From Acidilobaceae archaeon UBA162 (GTDB lineage Archaea; Thermoproteota; Thermoprotei_A; Sulfolobales; Acidilobaceae): 39,307 bases of DNA. Positions 9,028-18,713 of the stretch are shown piece by piece (within the stretch, counting starts at the first letter, position 1; each line of letters starts with the position of its first letter). Position numbers and translations under genes: made by a program. A model generated the notes under the pieces. It saw only the letters and a program-made list of their open reading frames with translations, was not told the DNA's origin and searched no databases. The DNA is taken from NCBI GenBank assembly GCA_002496425.1, contig DAJS01000002.1, positions 16,836-56,142 on the forward strand, read 5' to 3'.

Positions 9028-10062
9028 TTGGTTACCTGTCATGTGGCCCCTTTGGTGCAGAACTATGTGGTGCTTAACGGTAACGTCGAGCTTCTCAGAG
9101 GTCTCACAATAGCTATCATCGGCTACGGCAACCAGGGCAGGGCGCAGGCAACCATAATGAGGGATAGCGGCCTGAAGGTTATAGTTGGCAACGTCAGAGA
9201 TGAATACTGGGAGACTGCCAAAAGAGATGGCTTTGAGGTCTATGAGATAGGGGAGGCCGCCAGGAGGGCTGACGTAATAATGATGCTTCTACCTGACGAG
9301 GTTCAGCCATACGTCTTCAAGGAGCAGGTGGCGCCGGCTGTTAAGGATAGACGCGTAATCATAGACTTCGCCAGCGGCTACAACGTTGCCTTTGGACTCA
9401 TAGAGCCGCCCAGGGAGGCTGACGTGGTCCTGGTGGCCCCAAGGATGATAGGAGCTGCTATGCTAGAACTGCACAGGCGCGGCAGAGGGTTCCCCGTCTT
9501 CCTCGGGGTTGCTAACGACGCCAGCGGCAGGGCCTGGGACTACGCCGCGGCGCTTGGGGCCGCCATAGGAGCCCTGGGGAAGCCTGGCGGCATTGGCATT
9601 AAGGTGACGTTCAAGCAGGAGGCGCTTGTAGACCTGCTTGATGAACATACCAACTGGCCTCTGCTCCTGGCCAGCTTAATGGCCTTCTATGATGTTACAG
9701 TGCACAAATACGGCGTGCCACCAGAGGCGGTGCTCCTGGAGATGTACGCCTCGGGCGAGATGGCTGAGGTCGCCAGCAGAATGGCTGAGATGGGGGTCTT
9801 CGACCAGCTCAGGCTTCACTCAACCACCAGCCAGTACGGGCAGCTGAGCAGGGCCCTGAAGTACTACGATTATGTGAGGCGTGTAGTTGAGGAGGAGGCC
9901 AGAGAGATATGGGAGGGAGACTTCGCCAGGGAGTGGGGTCTTGAGCAGCTGGCGGGCAGGCCCAAGTTCAGGGCCCTCTGGGACATAGTCACCTCAGGAG
10001 AGATGCACCAGGCCGAGAAGCGGCTGTTTGAGCTGATGGGCATGACCTTAGATAATAAGTAG
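9028..10062 (+). CDS. ilvC: Ketol-acid reductoisomerase family protein (divergent)
   Basis: IAIIGYGNQGRAQA, ADVIMMLLPDE, VLVAPR, STTSQYG; true start may be GTG 9043 or 9055. Confidence 0.82.
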   Translation: MVTCHVAPLVQNYVVLNGNVELLRGLTIAIIGYGNQGRAQATIMRDSGLKVIVGNVRDEYWETAKRDGFEVYEIGEAARRADVIMMLLPDEVQPYVFKEQVAPAVKDRRVIIDFASGYNVAFGLIEPPREADVVLVAPRMIGAAMLELHRRGRGFPVFLGVANDASGRAWDYAAALGAAIGALGKPGGIGIKVTFKQEALVDLLDEHTNWPLLLASLMAFYDVTVHKYGVPPEAVLLEMYASGEMAEVASRMAEMGVFDQLRLHSTTSQYGQLSRALKYYDYVRRVVEEEAREIWEGDFAREWGLEQLAGRPKFRALWDIVTSGEMHQAEKRLFELMGMTLDNK

Positions 10063-10368
10063 CAAAACCTATTCCCTGTCTAATAGTTTCTAAGCAGCTA
10101 CCATGAGGATCGAATGCCAAGCAGTTATGACACTAGGTTTTAGCCATGTCCAGCTTGTGAAAAGCCATGTGCAGGTGGAGGCCATTTAGCTACTATGGCC
10201 CAGAGCCCTATTGGTGACCACGATCATGGACAATATGACAAGGGCTCCTACCCAGCCCATTAATGCCTACTTTGTCCCTCATAGCTTGATCTATACGCAA
10301 GCGCGCTGGCGACGTCCTCCCACAGCTGGATCTACAGCGTTTCAGGAAAGCCCACCAGTAGAGGTCGG

Positions 10369-10446
10369 TGGCGCCGCGGCCGGGATTTGAACCCGGGTCA
10401 CGGGCTTGACAGGCCCGCATACTATGCCGGGCTGTACTACCGCGGC
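10369..10446 (-). tRNA. tRNA-Asp(GUC), intronless, CCA encoded
   Basis: Reverse complement GCCGCGGTAGTACAGCCCGGCATAGTATGCGGGCCTGTCAAGCCCGTGACCCGGGTTCAAATCCCGGCCGCGGCGCCA folds to a cloverleaf with GTC anticodon. Confidence 0.97.
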
Positions 10447-10511
10447 GCACCATTGCCCATTAACCCAGCTGGCTAAATAAGTCTTGTGGAGCCTAGGCGA
10501 CTGAGGCCAGG

Positions 10512-11513
10512 ATGAGGCTGGTCGGCGAGCTGCTAGTTGTTGGCCCAGCGTCGCTAAAGCTCATTGATGGCAGGCTGGAGGTCCTAGGGGCCGAGATGAG
10601 CCCAGGGGGCTTAGTTGTGATACCTGCCGGCAGGCAGGTGGTCATCATCACTGACGGTGACGTTGAGCTCAGCGGCGCCGGAGGGGCTCCTCGGCCAGTC
10701 CCTGAGCGCTCGATCAAAGTGTTCATGGAAGCCCTTGAGGCCGCCCGCGGCAAGAACAGGCTCATGATAGTTGGACCCCCTGACGCTGGTAAGAGCACTA
10801 TAGCTGCTTACCTGTACAATAAAGAAATAGCTGACCTAATTGTAACTACTGACGTGGGTCAGAATGAGATCTATTGCCCTGGCTTCGAGTCATCAGCATC
10901 GCCAGGGAGGCCCTTCGTGCCAGGCTCCTCGGCCACCGCGCTGCGCTCATGCTTCGTAGGTGGGTTCTCGCCCACAGTATCGGTAAGCTCCTACTCTCAA
11001 TGCTTTGATAGGCTCACGGCTAGTGGCAAGAGGTTCATAGTCGACACTGATGGTTGGACCTCGCCTGAGGGCCTGGCACTTAAGGCGCGCCTGGCCCAGC
11101 AGGCGGCAGCTGACCTAGTGCTTGCTGTGGGCCTCAAGACCGAAGAGCTAAGGCCCTTCATAGATTTTGGCCTTGACGTGGCCAGCGTTGAGCCAGGGAC
11201 TGTTAGGTCCAAGACTAGATATGAGAGGAGACTCCATAGGGACAGGCTGCTGGCCAGATGCCTTATGGGCGCCAGGCAGGTCAGAGCGGGCCCGGATGTG
11301 AAAGTAATAACTCTCAGCGAGCAGTCAAGGCCAGTAAGGGGGCAGCTCGCCGCCGTATCATCTAACGATCAAGACTACTTTGCAGTCATAACCAGATATA
11401 ACGAGCGCGAGCAGGTCATAGGCCTTCTTACAAGCTACGAGGGTCCCGTGAGCTTAGTTAAGGTCGGCGCCGTAAGGATTAACCTAGAGGCCTTTCGTGG
11501 TATAATAGGCTAA
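10512..11513 (+). CDS. clp1: Clp1/Grc3-family polynucleotide 5'-kinase
   Basis: Walker A GPPDAGKST, DVGQ, IVDTDGW, lid motif ERRLHR. Confidence 0.85.
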   Translation: MRLVGELLVVGPASLKLIDGRLEVLGAEMSPGGLVVIPAGRQVVIITDGDVELSGAGGAPRPVPERSIKVFMEALEAARGKNRLMIVGPPDAGKSTIAAYLYNKEIADLIVTTDVGQNEIYCPGFESSASPGRPFVPGSSATALRSCFVGGFSPTVSVSSYSQCFDRLTASGKRFIVDTDGWTSPEGLALKARLAQQAAADLVLAVGLKTEELRPFIDFGLDVASVEPGTVRSKTRYERRLHRDRLLARCLMGARQVRAGPDVKVITLSEQSRPVRGQLAAVSSNDQDYFAVITRYNEREQVIGLLTSYEGPVSLVKVGAVRINLEAFRGIIG

Positions 11514-11557
11514 TTTCCTGCATCAGGTTTAATATTGCCCCTTGTCCAGGCCAGGTA

Positions 11558-12232
11558 GTGAAGCGCTTGGACAGGCGTCTGATTGCAGTCGTCGTGACGG
11601 TAGTTGTAGTGGTTGCGGCATCGGTGACCGCAGTCATAACGTTTCATCTTCATGCCAGCGCCCCCACTGCTACTCAGACACCTACCGGGTTCCCTGGCAT
11701 GCTCGCCAGCAGCTCAGTGTCATCCATACTTGGTGGCAATTGGTCTATGCTAGCTAACAGCTCAGGGCTCTTCGAGTTCGGCAATGACAAAGTCAAGATT
11801 ACATTCATCAATGGCACAACTATCACAAAGCCTCTCGGCCCTAACAACACGAGCAACTTTGAGCTCCTGGGCCCCTCAGGCCAGTCCAACGGGGGCCTGC
11901 CTGCGTGGAGCGCCTTTTACCTGTACTATTGGCACAACGCCTCAGCAAATGAGACCTACGTGATGCTGGTCGAGATCTTCAAGACAGTAAACAGCTCTCA
12001 GGCCAACTGGACCCTGGGCTCAGTGGCCAGTAAGTATGGCGTTACTCCAAACGAGAGTGATGGCCTCTCCATGATAGTAATTAGGCCCTATGCACCCTAC
12101 TATGTAAACTATGCCTACGTGGTGGCAAGTTATAAAGGAGGCTCATATGTAATCCTAGTGGTCTACGAGGGCCCTGCCAGCTATCAGACCCTTGAGTCCT
12201 TGACCCAGAACGTGGCTCAGCAGCTGCCCTGA
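11558..12232 (+). CDS. Hypothetical secreted/membrane-anchored glycoprotein
   Basis: Basic N-terminus plus Val-rich TM/signal, Thr/Pro linker, many N-x-S/T sequons (NWS, NSS, NGT, NNT, NAS, NET, NWT, NES). Confidence 0.75.
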   Translation: MKRLDRRLIAVVVTVVVVVAASVTAVITFHLHASAPTATQTPTGFPGMLASSSVSSILGGNWSMLANSSGLFEFGNDKVKITFINGTTITKPLGPNNTSNFELLGPSGQSNGGLPAWSAFYLYYWHNASANETYVMLVEIFKTVNSSQANWTLGSVASKYGVTPNESDGLSMIVIRPYAPYYVNYAYVVASYKGGSYVILVVYEGPASYQTLESLTQNVAQQLP

Positions 12233-12277
12233 GGCCCCTTATTGGGTCCCTAGCTGTAGGAGTACAAGGGAGGCGTC

Positions 12278-12913
12278 ACGCAGGACAAGGAGCAGGCCTA
12301 TGCGAGCCTGAGGGCCAGGATCTCCAGCTGCTCCAAGTGCCCCCTTCACCTGACAAGGAGAAACGCTGTGCCGGGCGAGGGCAACCTGAACGCAGAGGTA
12401 ATGTTTGTAGGCGAGGCCCCTGGAGCTAACGAGGACGATCAAGGAAGGCCCTTCGTTGGCGCCGCAGGTCAGCTGCTGACCCAGGCTATAAACAGCGCTG
12501 GCGTACAGCGCCAGGAGGTATACATAACTAATGTCGTGAAGTGCAGGCCTCCTGGCAATAGGACGCCAACGGACGAGGAGATAGACGCCTGCGTAGGCTA
12601 CCTGTTTGAGGAGCTAGCCATGGTTAGGCCTAAGGTGGTGGTAGCGCTCGGCAATACAGCTGGGTCCACGCTGTTTAAGCTAGCAGGAAGGCAGTGGAGA
12701 GGCATAAGCGCCCACAGGGGGAAGCCTGTAAGACTCATAGTTAATGGGCAGGAGGTACTGGTGTATCCTACGTATCACCCTGCAGCTGCCATATACAAGC
12801 CTGACCTGCGTGACATGTTCATGTCAGACGTCCGTGAGGCCCTGGGCCTGGTAAGGCCGAGAGGACGGTCGAGGACCCTGCTGGACTTCATGAAGGGTGA
12901 AAGTAAGGCCTAA
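12278..12913 (+). CDS. udg: Uracil-DNA glycosylase family 4 (Fe-S); start proposed at ACG 12278
   Basis: GEAPG, GRPFVGAAG, NVVKCRPPGNR, TYHPAA; the frame upstream of GTG 12368 encodes QDKEQAYASLRARISSCSKCPLHLTRRNA including the CxxC Fe-S ligands. Confidence 0.92.
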   Translation, partial: TQDKEQAYASLRARISSCSKCPLHLTRRNAVPGEGNLNAEVMFVGEAPGANEDDQGRPFVGAAGQLLTQAINSAGVQRQEVYITNVVKCRPPGNRTPTDEEIDACVGYLFEELAMVRPKVVVALGNTAGSTLFKLAGRQWRGISAHRGKPVRLIVNGQEVLVYPTYHPAAAIYKPDLRDMFMSDVREALGLVRPRGRSRTLLDFMKGESKA

Positions 12914-12935
12914 AACCACGTGAGCGTCCTAGCAC

Positions 12936-13901
12936 ATGACCTTGAAGGTCCTGGCGGCTGTCCTGGAGAGGTTCAACGGGCCCTTCTCTATACGTGAGGT
13001 GGATCTGAACGTAAGGCCTAACGACGTTGTGGTTAATGTCAAGTCAGTAGGCGTCTGCGGACGTGACGTGGTAGTGTGGCGCGGGGGCTTTAGGAACCTC
13101 AGGCCCCCACTGATACTCGGCCATGAGGTCTTTGGAGAGGTTGACGGGAGGCCAGTGGCGGTGTTCCCAGCTGAGGTCGATGAGTATTGCCTGACGGAGC
13201 ACTCGGGCTCTGAGAACCTCTGCGAGTCATACTCAATACTTGGCGAGGGGAGGCCTGGGGGTTACGCGACCCGCATTGCCGTGCCTAGGTGGAACCTGAT
13301 AGAGCTCCCTGACAGGGACTACGATAGGTACGCCGCCGCGGCCTGTGGCGTAGCTACGTTCATACATGCGTCCAAGGTTGCTGCTGTTACCAGGGAATCA
13401 AGGGTTCTGGTCACAGGGGCCACTGGGGGCGTTGGCATACATGGTGTTCAGTACCTGTCAAAGGTTGTTGGCGCCGAGGTCTACGCCTATGCCCGTAACC
13501 TGGAGAAGGCCAAGGCCCTTGAGGGCCTCGGAGTCCACACGGTCACAGACTTCTCCTTCTATAAGAAGGAGGGCAGGGTTGATGCTGTAATTGAGGTTGT
13601 CGGTGGGCCAACGATAAACAACAGCATTTTGGCCCTGAGGCCTCAAGGAACGTTGGTGCTTGTTGGGAACGTAACTGGCGAGGAGATTAGGCTTCAGAGG
13701 CCTGCCTTAGTAGTGATGAGAGAGCTGAAGATAACAGGCTCGGCAGCGTACACAAAGGCTGAGTATGAGGAGGCCATAAGGCTAATCCATGAGGGGCTCA
13801 TAAGGCCCTTCTACAGGGCCTATAGGCTTGAGGAGGTTAACGAGGCCTACAGGGACATAGTTGAGGGAAGGGTCCTTGGCAGGGCCGTGCTCAGACCCTG
13901 A
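12936..13901 (+). CDS. Zinc-dependent medium-chain alcohol dehydrogenase
   Basis: GVCGRD, LGHE, VLVTGATGGVG, GRAVL. Confidence 0.9.
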   Translation: MTLKVLAAVLERFNGPFSIREVDLNVRPNDVVVNVKSVGVCGRDVVVWRGGFRNLRPPLILGHEVFGEVDGRPVAVFPAEVDEYCLTEHSGSENLCESYSILGEGRPGGYATRIAVPRWNLIELPDRDYDRYAAAACGVATFIHASKVAAVTRESRVLVTGATGGVGIHGVQYLSKVVGAEVYAYARNLEKAKALEGLGVHTVTDFSFYKKEGRVDAVIEVVGGPTINNSILALRPQGTLVLVGNVTGEEIRLQRPALVVMRELKITGSAAYTKAEYEEAIRLIHEGLIRPFYRAYRLEEVNEAYRDIVEGRVLGRAVLRP

Positions 13902-14574
13902 GCCTCAGGATAGGGATAAGGCCAAATGTGTGGTTGTAAATCCACACCCATACCTTAGCCCCAGGGCCCTCCACCAACGCTGAGGACCAGAGCCCAACTA
14001 TCAGACCGGCTACTAGGTCCGAGAGCCAGTGGACCTGGAGCAGGAGCCTCGAGTACATTATGGCAGCAGCATAAACAGCTGCCAGGTAGGAGAGCCTTGA
14101 CTTCCTGGTCTTAAATACCGCCATTATGTAGTATGCCAGTACTGTGACTCTCACCGCGTGGCCTGATGGAAAGGCAAAGTAGTCGGCGTTGATAAGGTTG
14201 CCAAGGAGCCCAAAGTAGGCCGGAGGTTCCAAGGGGCGGGGAACCATTATATATGCCTTAAGGATGGCGGTGACTATCATGGCAAATATTATTGCCACTG
14301 CAAATGAGACTACCTGCCTGCTCACGCTCCTGTGCAGCCCAGCGTCAATGAAGTACATTATGGCTGCCAGCAGCGCTATCGACTCTAGGCTGTCGCTGTA
14401 AGAGAATGCCTGCACGAACGTCGATTTATCTGGTACCACAGCCCTGAACACTTCGAGGTCAACCCATAGCACTCCGTCTTTCCGCCTTAGAACCTCGAGC
14501 ACTATTGCCGCTGCTAGCAGGGCTGTCAGGACGTATATGGCCCTTGGCGACTTTAACCCCCCTGAGCCCTTCAC
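13891..14574 (-). CDS. PAP2-family membrane phosphatase
   Basis: KAYIMVPRP, FPSGH, SRLLLQVHWLSD plus TM helices. Confidence 0.9.
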   Translation of the reverse strand: MKGSGGLKSPRAIYVLTALLAAAIVLEVLRRKDGVLWVDLEVFRAVVPDKSTFVQAFSYSDSLESIALLAAIMYFIDAGLHRSVSRQVVSFAVAIIFAMIVTAILKAYIMVPRPLEPPAYFGLLGNLINADYFAFPSGHAVRVTVLAYYIMAVFKTRKSRLSYLAAVYAAAIMYSRLLLQVHWLSDLVAGLIVGLWSSALVEGPGAKVWVWIYNHTFGLIPILRLRV

Positions 14575-14625
14575 TAAGTTGGCCCCATCGAGATCCAGAC
14601 AAGTAGCTAACTAAAATAACTACTA

Positions 14626-15876
14626 TTAGCCAACCGCGGCCGCGTTGAGAGCCCTTGGGCGGCCCTGGACAGAGCCGTCCTCGTAGGCCAGCTCCCCTCC
14701 CACAAAGACAGCCTTAGGCTCACCTACGAGCTCTTGCATGAACACGTGCCAGTACCTGGCCTTGCTATAGGTGGCTACGAAGCGGCGCCGCGCTTTCAAG
14801 TCAATAACTACTAGGTTGGCCCTGGCCCCAGGCCCTATGTAACCGTACTTGCTAAGTCCTAGCACCTTCGCTGGGCCAAAGGACGTCAGCCTCAGGAACT
14901 CCTGGAGATCCAGGTACCCCGTTACGACAAGCCTAAAGACAACCCACGGCCAGACCCCGAGCCACGGAATTCCAGGGGGGCAGAGCCCGTAGTCCATGCG
15001 CTTCTCCTCAGGCGAGTGAGGGGCGTGATCGCTGCCCAATGCGTCCACTAGGCCCTCCTTCAGGGCCTTGACCAGTTGCCAGCTGGAGTAGAGATCCCTC
15101 AGCGGCGGATTCACCTTGTAGTAGCACCCGTTGTCCACGGTGCGGTCAAGTAAAAGGTAGTGAGGGGTTGTGTCGGTAGTGTAGCCATAGCCCTTAGCCA
15201 CGTACAGGGTCGAGGGACAGCTGACGTGAGTGACGTGAACCCTCAGGCCCTTCATGTCGTGGATCATGTGCACTGCCAACGCCTCGCTCCAACAGCCCCT
15301 GAGCTCAGCCCTAGAGACGTTGGTGTCAGCGAGCTGAGACCTTAGGTCAGCCTCGGGGGTCTCGGGGTGAACGACCACGAGGGCTCCCGTTGAGAGGGCC
15401 CTGGAGACTGAGGGCCTCTTGGCGTCCATGTCCTCAGGGTAGACCTTGAAGCCAAGCACCGGTTCGTTCAGCAGGTCGCTCACAGCTTCAGGCTTGTCAG
15501 GTATGCCGGCGTAGACGCCATAGTCTACGTAGGAGTTGTCGCTAAGGGCTCTGAGCTTTAACCTCACCGCCTCCCTGCTGGCCAGCCTGGGCACGGTGTT
15601 GGGCATATCTGCCACAAGCGTGATCCCCGACTCCAGGGCAGCCATGGTGCCCGTTCGCTCGTCCTCCTTGTAGGAGAGCCCCAGCCCCCTAAGGTGTACA
15701 TGCAGGTCTATGAGACCCGGCGTCACAACCAGGCCATCGTTGTTGTACCTATAGATCTTGTTATACCTTGGTTCCTTTGTCACGGACTCTATGAAGCCAT
15801 TATCATCTATATTAGCGCACCCCTCCCCTAGAAAGCCCCTATAGTCGTATAGCTTGCCACATATTGATGCTGACAA
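14626..15876 (-). CDS. pyrC: Dihydroorotase
   Basis: PGLIDLHVHLR, DMPNT, KVNPPLR, SDHAPH; in pyr operon. Confidence 0.92.
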   Translation of the reverse strand: MSASICGKLYDYRGFLGEGCANIDDNGFIESVTKEPRYNKIYRYNNDGLVVTPGLIDLHVHLRGLGLSYKEDERTGTMAALESGITLVADMPNTVPRLASREAVRLKLRALSDNSYVDYGVYAGIPDKPEAVSDLLNEPVLGFKVYPEDMDAKRPSVSRALSTGALVVVHPETPEADLRSQLADTNVSRAELRGCWSEALAVHMIHDMKGLRVHVTHVSCPSTLYVAKGYGYTTDTTPHYLLLDRTVDNGCYYKVNPPLRDLYSSWQLVKALKEGLVDALGSDHAPHSPEEKRMDYGLCPPGIPWLGVWPWVVFRLVVTGYLDLQEFLRLTSFGPAKVLGLSKYGYIGPGARANLVVIDLKARRRFVATYSKARYWHVFMQELVGEPKAVFVGGELAYEDGSVQGRPRALNAAAVG

Positions 15877-15879
15877 GGA

Positions 15880-16365
15880 TCACTCGCCCGTCAGCTGCTT
15901 GCTGACGTCATCCTCGGTAAGCTCTGAGCCGCAGTAGTAGCACCTGAGGCGCAGGGGCTGCCTGCTTACAAGTATGAACTTGCTAGTGACAGGCTCGCCT
16001 GACTTACGTGATATACACGTTGGGTTAGGGCACCTGAGGATGCCCTCTATGAGTTTAGGCACCTCTACCTGGCCTTTCTGAACTACCTCATAGTCCCTTA
16101 TGGTGTTTATTGTGGCCGTGGGGGCCACTAGGGCTATCTTGGTTATATCGTCAAACTTTGGGTAGAAGTTCTCAAGCTTCACTATGTCCTTTCTCCCCAT
16201 CCTGGTGCTGTCAGCATTCATTACAATAGCCACCCTGAAGCCCTCGGAGCCCCTGATGTTAAGGATCCTTAGGACCAGCAGCGCCTTGCCAGCAGGTATG
16301 TGATCTATCACTGTACCGTCCCTTATCTTGCTCACCAATAGCTTCTCGCCCTTATCATCCTCCAT
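15880..16365 (-). CDS. pyrI: Aspartate carbamoyltransferase regulatory subunit
   Basis: GTVIDHI, KDIVK, CPNPTC..CYYC. Confidence 0.96.
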   Translation of the reverse strand: MEDDKGEKLLVSKIRDGTVIDHIPAGKALLVLRILNIRGSEGFRVAIVMNADSTRMGRKDIVKLENFYPKFDDITKIALVAPTATINTIRDYEVVQKGQVEVPKLIEGILRCPNPTCISRKSGEPVTSKFILVSRQPLRLRCYYCGSELTEDDVSKQLTGE

Positions 16366-17297
16366 TACGCATCGCCTCCCAACACGAGCGTGAGGAGTGC
16401 CATCCTAAGCGGCACCCCTAGCCTGGCCTGTAGGAAGTACGCCTGGAACTCAGTGCCGTCCACATCAGGGGTTAGCTCATCAACACGAGGCAGTGGGTGG
16501 AGAACCTTGGCGCTGCGCTTGGCATAGGTCTCAAGGAGCTTCCTGGTAACCTTGTAGCTCCCCTTTACCTTCTCGTACTCACTTGGATCAGGGAACCTCT
16601 CGCGCTGGATTCTCGTAACGTAGATAACATCCGCCTCCCTCAGCCCCTCCTCTATGCTAACCTCCCTCAGCTTGAGCCCCCTGGCCTCTAGGTCTGCTCT
16701 TACCTCGTCCCTGAGCCTGAGCTCAGACGGCGATGAAAGCATCACAGAGACCGGCCTGAAGAGGCTGAGCGCATAGAGGAGGCTTGAGACAGTCCTGGAA
16801 TAGCGGAGGTCGCCAAGTATTAGATAGTTGAGGCCATCTATTGTCGAGAAAAGGCGCCTGACCGTGTAAAGGTCGAGCATCGCCTGGGTAGGATGGTGCT
16901 GCCTGCCGTCGCCGCCGTTTATCACTGGGGCCCTGGCTATCTCCGCCGCTAACAGCGCAGCGCCCTCATACCTGTGTCTAACCACTATCAGGTCTGAGTA
17001 AGAGTCAAGCATCCTTATTGTGTCAGCGAAGCTCTCGCCCTTGGCCACGCTCATTGCTTCCTCTGCTGTAAACACTATGGTTTCAGCCCCAAGCCTCTTA
17101 GCTGCCGCCTCAAAGCTCGTCCTGGTTCTGGTGGATGGCTCAAAGAATGCCAATGATATCAGCTTACCTTCAAGCCTTTTCTTAACGTTACCTGACTCTA
17201 GCTCATCCAACATCCTGTCGGCGGCCTCGAACAGTATCTCGAGATCCTCTCTGCTGAAGTCCCTGATGTCTACGACATCCCGTCCCTGCCAGGGCAT
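16365..17297 (-). CDS. pyrB: Aspartate carbamoyltransferase catalytic subunit
   Basis: [21 protein letters not shown]; ATG 17297 avoids overlap with pyrE. Confidence 0.96.
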   Translation of the reverse strand: MPWQGRDVVDIRDFSREDLEILFEAADRMLDELESGNVKKRLEGKLISLAFFEPSTRTRTSFEAAAKRLGAETIVFTAEEAMSVAKGESFADTIRMLDSYSDLIVVRHRYEGAALLAAEIARAPVINGGDGRQHHPTQAMLDLYTVRRLFSTIDGLNYLILGDLRYSRTVSSLLYALSLFRPVSVMLSSPSELRLRDEVRADLEARGLKLREVSIEEGLREADVIYVTRIQRERFPDPSEYEKVKGSYKVTRKLLETYAKRSAKVLHPLPRVDELTPDVDGTEFQAYFLQARLGVPLRMALLTLVLGGDA

Positions 17298-17298
17298 T

Positions 17299-17901
17299 TT
17301 AGCCACCCCACAGCTCCCTCTCAATGGTTCTCTTGAGCTCTGGGGCAATTAGGCCCTGGCGGCCTGCAGCGTCAAGTAGATCCCTCAACGTAACTAGGCT
17401 CCTGAGCCTTACGCCCTCCTCGCTCAGCGCCTTAGCCGCGCCCTGCTCCCTGTCAACTATTACTAGGGCCTCCTCCACAGTAGCCGCCTCCGCCCTGAGC
17501 GCCCTCACCGCCGATACAAGGCTTGAGCCCGTGGTGGCTACATCATCTATAACAACAACGCTGCGCCCCTTGACCTCAGCACCCTCCACAGCCCTCTTGG
17601 TGCCGTACTCCTTCTTGGACCTCACGTATGCCATAGGCGCCCCTAAGAGCAGCGAGAGCGCTGAGGCCCATGGTATGCCGCCGATCGCGACCCCTGCAAT
17701 TACCGCTCCAGCGCGGGCCTGGCCCTCGACCTCAGCCGCTAGGAGTGATGATACTAGCCTAAAGGTCCATGGAACCCCCGCTGCCCTCCTCATATCTATG
17801 TAGATATGACTGATGGTACCACTCGTCAGCCTGAACTCACCTGTGAGGATGCTGTTAACCCTAAACAGTGCTGACGCCAACAGGTCGGCTAGGCCCTGCA
17901 C
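17299..17901 (-). CDS. pyrE: Orotate phosphoribosyltransferase
   Basis: [34 protein letters not shown]. Confidence 0.94.
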   Translation of the reverse strand: MQGLADLLASALFRVNSILTGEFRLTSGTISHIYIDMRRAAGVPWTFRLVSSLLAAEVEGQARAGAVIAGVAIGGIPWASALSLLLGAPMAYVRSKKEYGTKRAVEGAEVKGRSVVVIDDVATTGSSLVSAVRALRAEAATVEEALVIVDREQGAAKALSEEGVRLRSLVTLRDLLDAAGRQGLIAPELKRTIERELWGG

Positions 17902-18563
17902 CTCTTAATCGCCTCCTCCTGGGCTCTCAACAGCTCCTCTGCAGCTACCCTAGGATTAGTGGCCTCAACTATTGAGCGTCCCACAATTTCATAGTCTGCC
18001 CCTGCGCAGAGGGCCGAGCCCGGCACAGCACCCTGCGTGCCAATGCCTGGTGCCAGTATTCTGAACTCGCTGCCTAGATCGTCCCTGAGCCTCCTGACTA
18101 TCCAGGGCCTTGTAGCTGGCGCCACCAGGCCCCATGGCCTTAGCCTGGCTACCAGGGACTCTACAGATATTAGCTCCCTATCATAGAACTCGTACGAGCC
18201 TTCATGACTCATTGAGGTAACCAGAGCTAGCTTAAGCCCCTCCCTGTCAAGGTACTCCTTAAGCTTGTCTAAGGCTCCTGCATGACCTACGAAGGAGTGT
18301 GCTATTACCACATCCACATAACCCTTTAGAACCTCAGCAGTCCTGACCATTACGTCCCCTATGTCGGCTAGCTTCAGATCAGCTATTATCAATGAGTCAC
18401 CGGCGGCGTCCCTGAGCTCCCTCAGCGCACCAATGCCCTTAGCTACCAGGACCGGCATGCCGACCTTGAAGCCAACCACGACATCCCTGAGTGAGCCAGC
18501 CAGGGGCCCCAGCTGAGCCCTAGGATTGTCCAGAGCCGCTATGAGCCTTGGCCCCTCGCCCAA
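17889..18563 (-). CDS. pyrF: Orotidine-5'-phosphate decarboxylase
   Basis: AALD, FKVG, IADLKLADIG, APGIGTQG, IVGRSI; first gene of pyr operon. Confidence 0.93.
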   Translation of the reverse strand: MGEGPRLIAALDNPRAQLGPLAGSLRDVVVGFKVGMPVLVAKGIGALRELRDAAGDSLIIADLKLADIGDVMVRTAEVLKGYVDVVIAHSFVGHAGALDKLKEYLDREGLKLALVTSMSHEGSYEFYDRELISVESLVARLRPWGLVAPATRPWIVRRLRDDLGSEFRILAPGIGTQGAVPGSALCAGADYEIVGRSIVEATNPRVAAEELLRAQEEAIKRCRA

Positions 18564-18713
18564 AAGTGTACCTCATGATGTACTATAAGGATTAGATTTA
18601 AACTTAACGGCCTTAAATTAGCCCATGCTTCACCGGCTCCTCAACTTTGCGCGCTTTCGCCCTAACTTAATATTCTCCTGACGCTCTTGAGACTCCTGTA
18701 AGCGGTGGCTTGA

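Noticed and set aside
5608-10446. Intron-containing, split or permuted tRNAs near rtcB
   Set aside because: Both tRNAs fold as complete uninterrupted cloverleafs; no bulge-helix-bulge seen
10208-10453. 81-aa ORF on the minus strand
   Set aside because: Reads through tRNA-Asp; no protein motif
12242-12259. Stop-codon readthrough from TTG 12242 to explain the UDG N-terminus
   Set aside because: Would need readthrough of two TAGs; no pyrrolysine machinery visible; ACG after GGAGG is simpler
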